Positions 21,171 through 31,200 of a stretch of 48,911 nt of DNA are shown in pieces (the first letter of the stretch is position 1; each line of letters starts with the position of its first letter). A model generated the notes under the pieces. It saw only the letters and a program-made list of their open reading frames with translations. It was not told where the DNA came from and searched no databases. The stretch comes from Candidatus Zixiibacteriota bacterium (GTDB taxonomy: Bacteria > Zixibacteria > MSB-5A5 > CAIYYT01), in assembly GCA_040235515.1 (NCBI GenBank), contig JBECKX010000102.1, forward strand, positions 1-48,911, written 5' to 3'. The translations under genes were made by a program, and so were the position numbers.

Positions 21171-21208
21171 TGTAAGGAATCCCGTACAATCCGTCCGCCT
21201 GCTTTACA
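21171..21208. promoter_or_regulatory. Candidate enhancer (bEBP) boxes upstream of the sigma54 promoter
   Basis: TGTAAGGAATCCCGTACA (TGT-N12-ACA, 21171-21188) and minus-strand TGTAAAGCAGGCGGACG (21208-21192), about 110-150 bp upstream of -24. Confidence 0.45.
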
Positions 21209-21284
21209 TTCTCTGCAAGCTGTTGCGGAGCTCAAAGCGCCCAGCGCTCAGCCGTGAAGAGCGGCTGCCGGGACAAAAATCAGC

Positions 21285-23855
21285 CTAAATATTGCTGTCG
21301 GCCCAGGTAATCAGCCGGAATTCATGTGCACGCACCAGGTCGCGCTGATTGGGAAGAATCCTGACGGAGTACCCCAGGCGACCACTCTGGCGCATCGGTG
21401 CTTCGCAACTGTACACGACAATCGAGGATTGCGGCTTGTCAACCGGCGTCATCTCAAACGCATGCGCATCGGCGATTTCGCCCCGCTGCGAGAGTCGGCC
21501 CACATACAACTCAACCCGAATATCCTCCGGTTGGACCTCACCCACGAAGACTTTCGCCTCAACCGACACATTCTGGTCCACTTTGATCGTCCCGTTGGTG
21601 TGGCTCTTCACTTCGATGATCCGCAGATCAGACCAGTTCTCCACCAGCTTCTTGTGCCACTCCGTGATACGCTTCAGCTTATCGAAGCCATTCTCCTGCA
21701 ACTGCACGTACTGCCGGTGAGCCTCAAGATAGAACTTCTCCGTGTACTGCTCAACCATGCGGTTCGAGTTGAACATCGGGCTGAGGGTCCGGATCGAGGC
21801 CTTCATTTTCTCGAGCCAGTGGCGCGGAATGCCATCCTCACGGCGATCGTAGAACGCGGGGGCGACTTCCTTTTCAAGCAGGTCGTAGAGCGCGTTTGCC
21901 TCTACTTCATCCTGATAGTCATGGTTGTCATATTCTTCGCCGGAGCCGATAGCCCAGCCAACTTCCGAGTTGTAGCCTTCACACCACCAGCCATCCAGCA
22001 CGCTTAAATTGAGGCCGCCGTTGAAGACCACCTTCATCCCGGATGTACCTGATGCCTCGAGCGGCCTGCGCGGCGTGTTCAGCCACACATCCACACCCTG
22101 CACCAGATACCGGGCGGTTGAAATATCATAGTTTTCGATGAAAACGATCTTGTCACGCAGTTCCGGATCACGAACCGCGTGGATGATCGACTTGATCAGC
22201 TCTTTGCCCAGGTTGTCGCGCGGATGCGCCTTACCGGCAAAGATGATTTGGATCGGGCGGTCCTTCTTGTTAATGATCTCCTTCAACCTGCGGATGTCGC
22301 GGAAAAGGAGGTTGCCACGCTTGTATGCCGCGAACCTTCTGGCAAAACCGATGGTCAGATACTCCGGGTTGAGCACTTCGGAGATGCTCTTGATCTCTCC
22401 CGGAGTTGCGCCGCGCCGCTCATATTGAGCTTTCAGCGAACGGCGCACATAGGCGATCATTTTCTCACGGCGAGTCTCGTGCGCCTTCCACAGTTCGTTG
22501 TCCAGGATGTCATCGACATTGTCCCAAACACTGTGGTTGGCAGGTTCTTTCATCCACTCAAGACCGAGGTAGCGGTTGTAGAGCTGCACCAGGTCGGTGG
22601 CGATCCAGGAGCGAGCATGTACACCGTTGGTCACATACTCGATCGGGATTTCATCATTCGGAACATCGGGCCACGACATCTGCCACATCTTCCGCGAAAC
22701 CTGCGAATGCAACTCGCTCACGCCGTTGATGAAGGATGAGAAACTCATGGCCAGGTACGCCATGTTGAATTCGCCGGAAGCGGACTGAGAATTCTGGTGA
22801 CCCATCGCGAAAAACTCCGCAGGACTCAAACCCAACGCCGAGTAGTGCGGACGCAGGTATCGGTCTACTAGTTCCCTCGGAAACCTGTCGATCCCGGCGG
22901 GCACCGGCGTGTGGGTCGTGAAAACCGTGCTCTGCTTGGCGAGCATAGCGGCTTCACGAAACGACAGGTTGTCCTCCTGCATCCGGCGACGCACTCGCGC
23001 CAGACCCAGGAATGCAGAATGCCCTTCGTTCATATGGTACACCAGCGGTGAAAGCCCAAGCGCCTCGAGTGCTCGAACCCCGCCGATTCCAAGGATCAAT
23101 TCCTGCTTGATGCGCATCTCCTGATCACCGCCATACAACTCACTGGTGATCTCGCGATCAGAGGCTTCATTCTGAAGTAGATTGGTGTCTAGCAAGTAGA
23201 GCGGAACACGACCCACCTGCAGCTTCCAGATGCGAGCGATTACGTCGCGGTTGGGGAATTCAACCGAAATCGTGAGCGGCGCACCATTCTCATCCTTGAT
23301 CTCTTCTAACGGCAGCAGAGAAAAATCAAGTTCAGGATAATACTCCTGCTGCCAGCCGTCAGGATTCAAGTACTGCTGAAAATACCCACGCTGGTAAAGC
23401 AGGCCGACCCCGACAAGCGGAATCCCCAGATCGCTGGCTGATTTGAGATGATCACCGGCAAGGATTCCGAGGCCGCCGGAGTAAATCGGCAAACACTCGG
23501 TGATACCGAATTCCGCCGAAAAGTATGCGATCTGCGGCGAATCGGTTTTGAGATGCTTTTCGGAGAACCAGGTCTCGCTCTGGAGGTAGATCTCAAGATC
23601 GCGGTGGACATGATCCAGTTGCGCCAGAAACGAAGAATCGCGTTTCAGCTTGTTCAGGCGCTCCTGTGAGATCAGCGCCAGGACTTTCGTTGGGTTATGA
23701 CCCGACTCCTCCCATAACTTCGTGTCTATGCGACGGAAAAGATCGATCGCTTCAAGGTTCCAGCTCCAATGCAGGTTGGAGGCTATCACCCGCAATTTCT
23801 CCAGTCCCTCGGGGAGGATCGGTTCGACCTGAATATACCTAAGCGCTTTAACCAT
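21285..23855 (-). CDS. glgP: Alpha-glucan (glycogen/maltodextrin) phosphorylase
   Basis: AYFSAEFG, YSGGLGILAGDHLKSASD, HMNEGH, FTTHTPVPAG, GFARRFAAYKR, EASGTSGMK (PLP Lys). Start set at MVKAL (23855; SD AAGGAAG). Confidence 0.95.
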   Translation of the reverse strand: MVKALRYIQVEPILPEGLEKLRVIASNLHWSWNLEAIDLFRRIDTKLWEESGHNPTKVLALISQERLNKLKRDSSFLAQLDHVHRDLEIYLQSETWFSEKHLKTDSPQIAYFSAEFGITECLPIYSGGLGILAGDHLKSASDLGIPLVGVGLLYQRGYFQQYLNPDGWQQEYYPELDFSLLPLEEIKDENGAPLTISVEFPNRDVIARIWKLQVGRVPLYLLDTNLLQNEASDREITSELYGGDQEMRIKQELILGIGGVRALEALGLSPLVYHMNEGHSAFLGLARVRRRMQEDNLSFREAAMLAKQSTVFTTHTPVPAGIDRFPRELVDRYLRPHYSALGLSPAEFFAMGHQNSQSASGEFNMAYLAMSFSSFINGVSELHSQVSRKMWQMSWPDVPNDEIPIEYVTNGVHARSWIATDLVQLYNRYLGLEWMKEPANHSVWDNVDDILDNELWKAHETRREKMIAYVRRSLKAQYERRGATPGEIKSISEVLNPEYLTIGFARRFAAYKRGNLLFRDIRRLKEIINKKDRPIQIIFAGKAHPRDNLGKELIKSIIHAVRDPELRDKIVFIENYDISTARYLVQGVDVWLNTPRRPLEASGTSGMKVVFNGGLNLSVLDGWWCEGYNSEVGWAIGSGEEYDNHDYQDEVEANALYDLLEKEVAPAFYDRREDGIPRHWLEKMKASIRTLSPMFNSNRMVEQYTEKFYLEAHRQYVQLQENGFDKLKRITEWHKKLVENWSDLRIIEVKSHTNGTIKVDQNVSVEAKVFVGEVQPEDIRVELYVGRLSQRGEIADAHAFEMTPVDKPQSSIVVYSCEAPMRQSGRLGYSVRILPNQRDLVRAHEFRLITWADSNI

Positions 23856-23929
23856 CTGACTTCCTTGTCGTACAGCCCCCTGCTTGAACAATAATACTCA
23901 CCTAACGAAGATGCCCTGCCATACACCCT

Positions 23930-23956
23930 GTATCGGCGACATCTCCAGTTTTATTA
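23930..23956 (-). promoter_or_regulatory. Candidate sigma28/FliA-WhiG-like promoter for glgP
   Basis: Minus strand TAAT-N15-GCCGATAC versus consensus TAAA-N15-GCCGATAA. Confidence 0.45.
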
Positions 23957-24218
23957 CTGTCTGCCGCATCGTGATACGCTGAATTCGGGCAGGGAGTATA
24001 ACCTCAATTTCCTACTCCTGAACTCCTGCGGTCCGATTCTCGGGCCAACAGAGGAACCAGAGCAGCCAATCTAAGGCGCCGGGGCGACATTGCAAGCTCC
24101 TTTTGCTACTCCTCCCGCATTCAGGTGGTATTCTGAAGGGAATCCGTCAGCTATTCACCATTCCACGGCCGATCAAATTAGACAATGGCTATCTGTTCTC
24201 TCTCCTAATATGGAAAAA

Positions 24219-24243
24219 GGAACCCACAGAGCCTATCTTTGTT
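24219..24243 (+). promoter_or_regulatory. Candidate ECF-sigma promoter (GGAAC-N17-GTT)
   Basis: GGAAC CCACAGAGCCTATCTTT GTT, 52 nt before the ATG at 24296. Confidence 0.5.
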
Positions 24244-24295
24244 GCAAACTAGTATCAGAGCGCGTATAAGTTGTAGATTCGATGAGAGGAAATGA

Positions 24296-25756
24296 ATGAA
24301 GCTACCAAGAACGTTAGGCGAACTCAAGAAGTCAGGTTACCGCAGTCGCTCCACCAAGGATGAACTGCGCGAGAATCTGATCAAGAAAATAGAGGCGGGA
24401 GAAAACCGCTGGCCCGGAATTATCGGCTACGAGCGTACCGTAATACCCCAACTGGAAAACGCCGTTCTGTCACGGCACGACATGATCCTGCTCGGCCTGC
24501 GCGGCCAGGGCAAAACCAGAATCCTGCGGCAGCTGGTCAACCTGTGTGACGAATTCCTGCCATGCATCAAAGGTAGTCCACTCAACGAAGACCCGTTCCA
24601 TCCAATCACGCAGGGTTCAAAACAGCTAATCGAAGAGCATGGGGATGACGTCGAGATCGACTGGATACCGCGCGAGGAGCGCTATCATGAGAAACTCGCG
24701 ACTCCCGATGTCTCAGTCGCCGACCTGATCGGTGATCTTGACCCGATCAAGGCGGTCAGGGAGAAGCTCGACCTCTCCAATGAGGAAGTGATCAGCTGGG
24801 GGATTATCCCTCGTACCAACCGCGGCATCTTCGCAATCAATGAGTTGCCCGATCTGCAACCTCGTATCCAGGTAGCCCTGCTCAATATCCTCGAGGAAAA
24901 CGATTTCCAGATTCGTGGGTTTCCGATCAGGGTTCCGCTCGACATGATGCTCGCCTTTACCGCCAACCCGGAGGATTATACCAATCGCGGTAACATCATC
25001 ACTCCGTTGAAGGATCGCATTGCATCACAAATCAACACCCACTACCCGACCAATCTCGAATCGTCCAAGCGCATCACGGCTCAGGAAGCATGGACCGACC
25101 GCGGTTCCACGGTTGAAGTCCCCGAGTTGATTCGTGACGTCATCGAAAACGTTGCGTTCGTGGCGCGTGAGAGTGAACATGTCGACCAAACCTCCGGCGT
25201 CTCGGCACGGCTGGCGATCTCTGCCTACGAAAACCTGATCTCGAATATCGAACGGCGGGCCGCCATCAATCGCGATACCAAACCCTATCCTCGCGTCAGC
25301 GACCTTTATGCCGCCATTTCATCGATCGTCGGCAAGGTCGAACTGGTCTACGAGGGCGAACTGGAAGGCCCCAATAAGATCGCTGTGAATCTCATCGGTG
25401 AAGCCACCAGGAAAGTGTTCGATACACTGTTCCCGCAACCGCGTAAGATCAAGCCGAATGCCGATCAGCGCCCTCAGGATGATGTCTACGAAGCTGTGAC
25501 CGATTTCTTCTCGACCGGCAAGCAACTCGAACTCTCCGATGAACAGTCACAGAAGGATTATCGTGCCGCGCTCGACCAGATCGTCGGCCTCAAGGAGATC
25601 GTGAAAAAGTACTATAAACCGGCTAACGAAAACGAGCAATACCTCGCGATGGAATTCGTTATCGAAGGACTGCACCAGCATAACGTCGTGGCCAAAGAAT
25701 CACCCGATAACAAATTCATCTATGTCGACATGCTGGAGAAGATGCTGCGTGACTAG
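24296..25756 (+). CDS. AAA+ ATPase, magnesium-chelatase-I/MoxR-related family
   Basis: Walker A GLRGQGKT; KLATPDVSVADLIGDLDPIK; Walker B variant FAINELPDL; FTANPEDYTNRG. Confidence 0.88.
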   Translation: MKLPRTLGELKKSGYRSRSTKDELRENLIKKIEAGENRWPGIIGYERTVIPQLENAVLSRHDMILLGLRGQGKTRILRQLVNLCDEFLPCIKGSPLNEDPFHPITQGSKQLIEEHGDDVEIDWIPREERYHEKLATPDVSVADLIGDLDPIKAVREKLDLSNEEVISWGIIPRTNRGIFAINELPDLQPRIQVALLNILEENDFQIRGFPIRVPLDMMLAFTANPEDYTNRGNIITPLKDRIASQINTHYPTNLESSKRITAQEAWTDRGSTVEVPELIRDVIENVAFVARESEHVDQTSGVSARLAISAYENLISNIERRAAINRDTKPYPRVSDLYAAISSIVGKVELVYEGELEGPNKIAVNLIGEATRKVFDTLFPQPRKIKPNADQRPQDDVYEAVTDFFSTGKQLELSDEQSQKDYRAALDQIVGLKEIVKKYYKPANENEQYLAMEFVIEGLHQHNVVAKESPDNKFIYVDMLEKMLRD

Positions 25757-25809
25757 TCGAGGCAACGTCCAACCGGTCAATCACCATACATGATGGTAAC
25801 TCTGGGTCT

Positions 25810-26904
25810 ATGAGATTTCTATATTCACAGTGGGATGACTCGCTGCTCGACCAACTCAAGCAGATGCGCGATCTGATGTCGATCTTTAATCGCATCCTGC
25901 TTCAGGTCAACGGTGATGTCGAGATGGCGCTGCAGATCATGGAGCAGCTCAAGAAGCTCGGATACCTGCCGGCAGGCTCCAACCTGGATGAGTTCAAGCG
26001 TGAGATGCAGAAACAGAGGATCATCACGATGGATCAATCAGGTCAGCAGAAGCTCACCCGCAAGGGTGAACGCGGCTTGCGGCAGGACTCGTTTGATCGC
26101 ATCTTCGAGCAACTACGCTCTTCCCGGGGCGGAAATCACCCGATCCCCAAGGATGGCGGCAGTTCGCTCGAGATTCTCCCCGAGCGACGCAAGTTCAATT
26201 TCGGCGACAACCTCCGCAACATCGATTTCCGCACCTCTCTGCTGAATAACATCTCCCGGACCGCATCCCTCGGAATGAACATGTCGGAAGAGGACCTCGA
26301 AGTATTCGACACCGAGCAGGTCACCAGTTGCTCTACGGTGCTGCTGATTGACATTTCCCATTCGATGATCCTGTACGGAGAGGATAGAATCACCCCGGCC
26401 AAGCAGGTTGCGCTGGCTTTCACCGAGATGATCCTGACGAAATTTCCGAAGGATACGCTCAACATTGTACTGTTCGGCGATTTTGCCCGGGAAGTACAAA
26501 TCAAGGACCTCCCTTATGTCGGCGTGGGACCTTATCACACCAACACCAAAGCTGGTCTGCAACTGGCGCGCAAGATTCTGCTGCGCAGGAAGAGTGCCAA
26601 CAAGCAGATCTTCATGATCACCGACGGTAAACCATCGATGGTCACACGCAAGGATGGGTCGCTGTACAAGAACCCCTTCGGGCTGGACCCGATCGTGGTG
26701 AACCGCACGCTTGATGAAGCCATCATCTGTCGCAAGAAGCGTATTCCAATCACCACCTTCATGATCACCGACGATCCCTATCTGCAGCGCTTTGTACAGA
26801 AGCTGACCGAACTCAATCGCGGCCGCGCCTATTTCTCCAACGCCAACAATCTGGGGGATTACGTTTTCTGGGATTTTCTGAAGAATCGGCGCAAGGCGGG
26901 TTAG
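25810..26904 (+). CDS. VWA-domain protein (partner of the AAA+ ATPase)
   Basis: MIDAS DISHSM, HTNTKAGL, MITDGKP. Confidence 0.88.
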   Translation: MRFLYSQWDDSLLDQLKQMRDLMSIFNRILLQVNGDVEMALQIMEQLKKLGYLPAGSNLDEFKREMQKQRIITMDQSGQQKLTRKGERGLRQDSFDRIFEQLRSSRGGNHPIPKDGGSSLEILPERRKFNFGDNLRNIDFRTSLLNNISRTASLGMNMSEEDLEVFDTEQVTSCSTVLLIDISHSMILYGEDRITPAKQVALAFTEMILTKFPKDTLNIVLFGDFAREVQIKDLPYVGVGPYHTNTKAGLQLARKILLRRKSANKQIFMITDGKPSMVTRKDGSLYKNPFGLDPIVVNRTLDEAIICRKKRIPITTFMITDDPYLQRFVQKLTELNRGRAYFSNANNLGDYVFWDFLKNRRKAG

Positions 26905-26957
26905 GCCGCAACTCAGACCATAACCGCAGTTACTTAAGCCTCGCGTTCAGCACTAAG

Positions 26958-29174
26958 CTAGCTAACGAAGATCTTCCCATCCCCTTCACTCGTCATCTCT
27001 CCGATCACCGCCGCGTCCGCGACTCCCGCCGCATGCAGTTGTGCAACCAGTTCGGCCGCCTCCCCCGGCGCGACTGTGATCAGCAGCCCGCCCGAAGTCT
27101 GTGCATCGGCCAGCAGGTATTTCTGGTTACGTGAGATTGAAGTATCCCACGACACCGAAGGTGAAACATATTCCAGATTGTTCTCGGTTCCCCCCGGAAT
27201 CGTTCCCGCCTGGATAAAGTCAATAGCCGCAGGGATAATCGGTACGCTGTCACTCTTGATCGTCGCGTTGACCCGCGAGCCGACTGTCATCTCGCGCAAG
27301 TGGCCGAGTAGCCCAAATCCGGTCACATCGGTGCACGCCGATACGTCGAACCTCTCAAGCACTCCGGCAGCGGTTGAATTCAGCGCACTCATGATCTCGT
27401 AGGCTCGCTGCGCAATCTCCTGACCCGCAATGCGCCGCTTTAACGCGGTGCTGACGATTCCCAGCCCGATCGGTTTGGTAAGAACCAGGGCATCCCCGGC
27501 CCTCGCACTGTTGTTATGCAGAATCTTCTCAGGATGCACGATTCCCGAAACCGCCAGCCCAAACTTCGGCTCGGTGTCATCCACCGTATGACCACCGATA
27601 ATCACGACCCCCGCCTCCGTTGCTTTGTCGGTTGCACCCTGAAGGATGCGCTGCAACACCGACATCGGCAGACGATTCGAGGGAAAACCAACGATGTTCA
27701 GCGCAAAGAGCGGTTTGGCTCCCATAGCATATATGTCGCTCAGCGAGTTGGCGGCAGCTATCGCACCAAACTGGTATGGGTCATCAACGATTGGCGTAAA
27801 GAAATCAACAGTCTGTACTATCGCAATGTCATCCGTTAAGCGATAAACCGCCGCATCATCCGAGGAATCGGCGCCCACCAGTACATCGGCCCGATCTACC
27901 GCCGGCAGCGATTGCAGCACTTTCTCCAGCGCCTGCGGTCGCAGTTTGCAGGCACATCCCAAACCATGAGTGTATCGCGTCAGGCGAACCTCCTCGCCAT
28001 CCTCCGGCACAGTCACGGCAACTTCCCCATCACCCTCAGGGAAAAGCCTGCGCATTGTCGTGACAATGGTTCTCGCTGCCGCTTCGACCTCGGCCTCAGT
28101 CGTCATTGCCCCCACCGAAAATCGAATCGTCCCCATCGCATACTCGACCGGCACCCCCATCGCCTCCAGTACATGCGACATGATCACCTGATCCGAGTGA
28201 CAAGCCGCCCCCGGCGAACAGGCTACTGTCTCCAATTCTGCCATGATCGTCTCGGCCTCAATGCCGGGAAACGAAATCGATAAGGTGTTAGGCAAGCGCT
28301 TCTCCGGATCGCCGTTGACCCGCGCCTGTGGCAGGTTCTCCACCAATTCCCGTTCCAGTTTGTCGCGCAACGATTTCAATTGCTGTGATTTTTCCATCAG
28401 ATCACGACCAACGACTTCACATGCCTTCCCGAGCCCAACTATCTCCAGCACATTCTCCGTCCCCGCTCTCAGGTTGCGTTCGTGAGCCGCTCCGTAAATC
28501 AATCTTTGCAGTTCGATTCCCCGCCGGATGTAAAGCGCACCCACACCCTTGGGAGCATAAAGTTTATGCCCTGCGATCGTGATCATATCCACACCCAGCG
28601 ATTCCTGATCCACCGGAATCTTTCCCACCGCCTGGGCGGAATCGGTATGGAAAACCACACCATGTTCATGCGCGATATCCGCCAACTCGCGGATCGGCTG
28701 GATAGTCCCCACTTCATTGTTGGCCTGCATTATGCTTGCGATCAGAGTCGTCGACTTCAGCGCCTTCCGAAAGTCGGCTGTGCTCACCATTCCATACTTG
28801 TCAACCGGCAGGTAGGTGACCTCGAACCCCTGCTGCTCCAGGCTGCGACATACCTCCAGTACGGCGGGATGCTCGATCTGCGAGGTCACGATGTGGTTGC
28901 CCCGCTGACGGTGCTTCTGCGCATAGCCGGCAATCGCGAAATTGTCCGACTCGCTGCCGCCTGAGGTGAAGATAATCTCATCGACCTCACACTTCAGCAG
29001 CGCAGCAACCTGTTTGCGGGCCGACTCGATCGCTTGCCTCGTCTGAAGTCCAAACCAGTGGGTGCTGGAGGGATTTCCGAAATGTTGTGTCAGGAACGGT
29101 TGCATTGCGGCAGCGACCTCCGGGTGTACCGGCGTCGTTGCATTGTAATCAAGATAGATGTATTCCACTGCCAT
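26958..29174 (-). CDS. selD: Cysteine desulfurase/selenocysteine lyase (NifS-like) fused to selenophosphate synthetase
   Basis: N-half: IYLDYNATTP, FTSGGSESDN, AGHKLYAPKG, GAACHS. C-half: RLTRYTHGLGCACKL, DDAAVY, VQTVDFFTPIVDDP, AANSLSDIYAMG, GGHT, TDVTGFGLLGHL, DAQTSGGLL. One uninterrupted 738-aa frame. Confidence 0.93.
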   Translation of the reverse strand: MAVEYIYLDYNATTPVHPEVAAAMQPFLTQHFGNPSSTHWFGLQTRQAIESARKQVAALLKCEVDEIIFTSGGSESDNFAIAGYAQKHRQRGNHIVTSQIEHPAVLEVCRSLEQQGFEVTYLPVDKYGMVSTADFRKALKSTTLIASIMQANNEVGTIQPIRELADIAHEHGVVFHTDSAQAVGKIPVDQESLGVDMITIAGHKLYAPKGVGALYIRRGIELQRLIYGAAHERNLRAGTENVLEIVGLGKACEVVGRDLMEKSQQLKSLRDKLERELVENLPQARVNGDPEKRLPNTLSISFPGIEAETIMAELETVACSPGAACHSDQVIMSHVLEAMGVPVEYAMGTIRFSVGAMTTEAEVEAAARTIVTTMRRLFPEGDGEVAVTVPEDGEEVRLTRYTHGLGCACKLRPQALEKVLQSLPAVDRADVLVGADSSDDAAVYRLTDDIAIVQTVDFFTPIVDDPYQFGAIAAANSLSDIYAMGAKPLFALNIVGFPSNRLPMSVLQRILQGATDKATEAGVVIIGGHTVDDTEPKFGLAVSGIVHPEKILHNNSARAGDALVLTKPIGLGIVSTALKRRIAGQEIAQRAYEIMSALNSTAAGVLERFDVSACTDVTGFGLLGHLREMTVGSRVNATIKSDSVPIIPAAIDFIQAGTIPGGTENNLEYVSPSVSWDTSISRNQKYLLADAQTSGGLLITVAPGEAAELVAQLHAAGVADAAVIGEMTSEGDGKIFVS

Positions 29175-29230
29175 AGCTCCAGATCCTTGTTTCCCCCGAT
29201 AACGCTCCCCGGTTCTTAATGTTCTACGGG

Positions 29231-29259
29231 AAAGTGGTCAGCGGATGGAGATTTGTCAA
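29231..29259 (-). promoter_or_regulatory. Candidate sigma70 promoter for nifS-selD
   Basis: Minus strand TTGACA-N17-CACTTT, 56 nt upstream of the ATG. Confidence 0.5.
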
Positions 29260-29277
29260 TAGCGGAACGAAGCGCTG

Positions 29278-31200
29278 CTATACCGTAACGCGCCTGGAAA
29301 TGAAGCGACGATGCCAGAGCGCAAAGTTAAGCAGATTCCAGAGGCGCATCCCCTGGTTGTCACCCTGTTCATGGCGGCTGATCACCCTTTCAACGTAGGC
29401 CGAATTGAATATACCATCCAACTCCGGCAGCGATGCCTGAATCTGCGCTCGCGCATACTCTGTCACGCGCGGGCTGAGCATATTCTTCGCCGAACCACAA
29501 AATCCAAGCTTCCGGCGATCGATGATCTCATCCGGAACGATCCCGCGCACTGCTTCCTTCAGAAGATACTTCAGCGTCCCATTCTTTAACTGCAACTGCG
29601 TCGGTAAGGTCAGGGCGTATTCGACCAGTCTGTGATCAAGAAATGGCACCCGTGTTTCAATCGAATTTGCCATCGCCATTTTGTCGACACGCATCAACAA
29701 TAACTCGGGAAGCCGCTGTTTGAGCTCGAGGTAGGTCATACTCCGCAGCAGATTGCGAGGATCATTGCTGCCATTCCCGCCGTAGATCGAATCGACCAAC
29801 TCCGCAGTCGAATTCGTCGAGTTGAGCGAGACCATTTCGTCAGAAAGCAGCAGCCTCTTCTGATATTCCATGAACGCCATCGCGCCACCCCAGAACAGCC
29901 TCTCCTTCCCCCCGAGACGTCTGAGATGCTCCCTGGCGAGCAGGTGACCTCGTTTCTCCAGCATACCGGCAGACAGCCTGTAACCTGTCCGCCAGATTCC
30001 GCCCGGCAAAGCCTGCAATAGATTCCACGCCGGGTTCAGCTTAAGTGCCAGCCTGAACTTCGGATATCCGCAAAAGAGTTCATCCGACCCCTCACCGACC
30101 TGGATCACGGGCACGCCGGATTGGCGAGCCAGCTTGCTCACATGAAAAAGCGGCACGCAGACGGGGTCGGCCAGCGGCTCATCCTGGTGGAACGGCATCT
30201 CCTCCAGGAATTCGATGAAGTCATCATCGGTGATCTCCACCTCATGATGGTCGCAACCGTAGCGTCTGGCAACCCGTCGGGCGTGGTGAAATTCGTTGTG
30301 ATCGTCATCCCCCTTGATTCCGACCGAAAACGTCTGCACCGGGCGCTCCATCAATTCAGACATCAGTGCAACGTTGGTCGTGGAATCGAGACCACCCGAG
30401 AGAAACACGCCAAACGGCACATCGGAAATCATCCGCAACTCGATCGATTCGCGCAGCAATTCACGAATCGTTGCCGTGATCTCATGCTCATCCCTGGTTG
30501 TCGTTGGACGCTGTAGATTGGCATCCCACCAGCGCGTGTAACGTCGCCTCCCGGACTGATTGATCGAGAAACTGAATCCTGCCGGAAGCTTGTAGATACC
30601 CTTGAACATCGTCGACGGCGCCGGTGCAGCAGCCAGCGTCAGATAGTGGTAGAGCGCTTCCGGGTTCAATTCCGCCGAGATTTCGGGGTGCTCCAGGATC
30701 GCCTTGATCTCCGAGGCGAATACCAGCGCCCCATTGACATCGGCGTAATAGAGTGGCTTTACCCCGATCCGGTCACGAGCCATGAACAACTCATCCCTCG
30801 ACTCATCCCAGACTGCAAGCGCGAACATTCCGCGCAGCCGTTCGAGGCACTTCGGGCCCCATTCGGCGTATGCGAAAAGCAGCGTCTCTGTGTCCGACTC
30901 AGAACGGTAGCTGTAGCCGCGCTGAACCAGTTCACGCCTGACATCGCGATGATTGTAGATTTCGCCGTTGAAGACGAGGTGATACCTGCCGTCGGGGGAC
31001 GACATCGGCTGCCTGCCGGCATCGGAGAGATCGATGATCGAAAGCCTTCGGTGCCCCAATCCCAGGTTCCGTTGTGGAGAGAGATAGTGCCCATCACCAT
31101 CCGGACCGCGATGCGCCATCCGGTTGGTCATACGCTGCAGCAATTCCCCCTGAACCTCGGTGCTACGGGCGTAATGGAATATTCCAGCGATTCCGCACAC
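29278..31200 (-). CDS. asnB: Asparagine synthase (glutamine-hydrolysing) family amidotransferase
   Basis: GTG at 31200 gives the required Ntn start M-CGIAG; HRGPDG, GHRRLSIID, FNGEIYN, FLSGGLDS, GEGSDELFCGY, ETRVPFLD. The true substrate may be a polysaccharide rather than aspartate. Confidence 0.88.
   Translation of the reverse strand: MCGIAGIFHYARSTEVQGELLQRMTNRMAHRGPDGDGHYLSPQRNLGLGHRRLSIIDLSDAGRQPMSSPDGRYHLVFNGEIYNHRDVRRELVQRGYSYRSESDTETLLFAYAEWGPKCLERLRGMFALAVWDESRDELFMARDRIGVKPLYYADVNGALVFASEIKAILEHPEISAELNPEALYHYLTLAAAPAPSTMFKGIYKLPAGFSFSINQSGRRRYTRWWDANLQRPTTTRDEHEITATIRELLRESIELRMISDVPFGVFLSGGLDSTTNVALMSELMERPVQTFSVGIKGDDDHNEFHHARRVARRYGCDHHEVEITDDDFIEFLEEMPFHQDEPLADPVCVPLFHVSKLARQSGVPVIQVGEGSDELFCGYPKFRLALKLNPAWNLLQALPGGIWRTGYRLSAGMLEKRGHLLAREHLRRLGGKERLFWGGAMAFMEYQKRLLLSDEMVSLNSTNSTAELVDSIYGGNGSNDPRNLLRSMTYLELKQRLPELLLMRVDKMAMANSIETRVPFLDHRLVEYALTLPTQLQLKNGTLKYLLKEAVRGIVPDEIIDRRKLGFCGSAKNMLSPRVTEYARAQIQASLPELDGIFNSAYVERVISRHEQGDNQGMRLWNLLNFALWHRRFISRRVTV

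Noticed and set aside
24296..25756. True magnesium chelatase BchI or a sigma54 activator
   Set aside because: No tetrapyrrole genes or H subunit nearby, no GAFTGA loop and no HTH; it is paired with a VWA protein.
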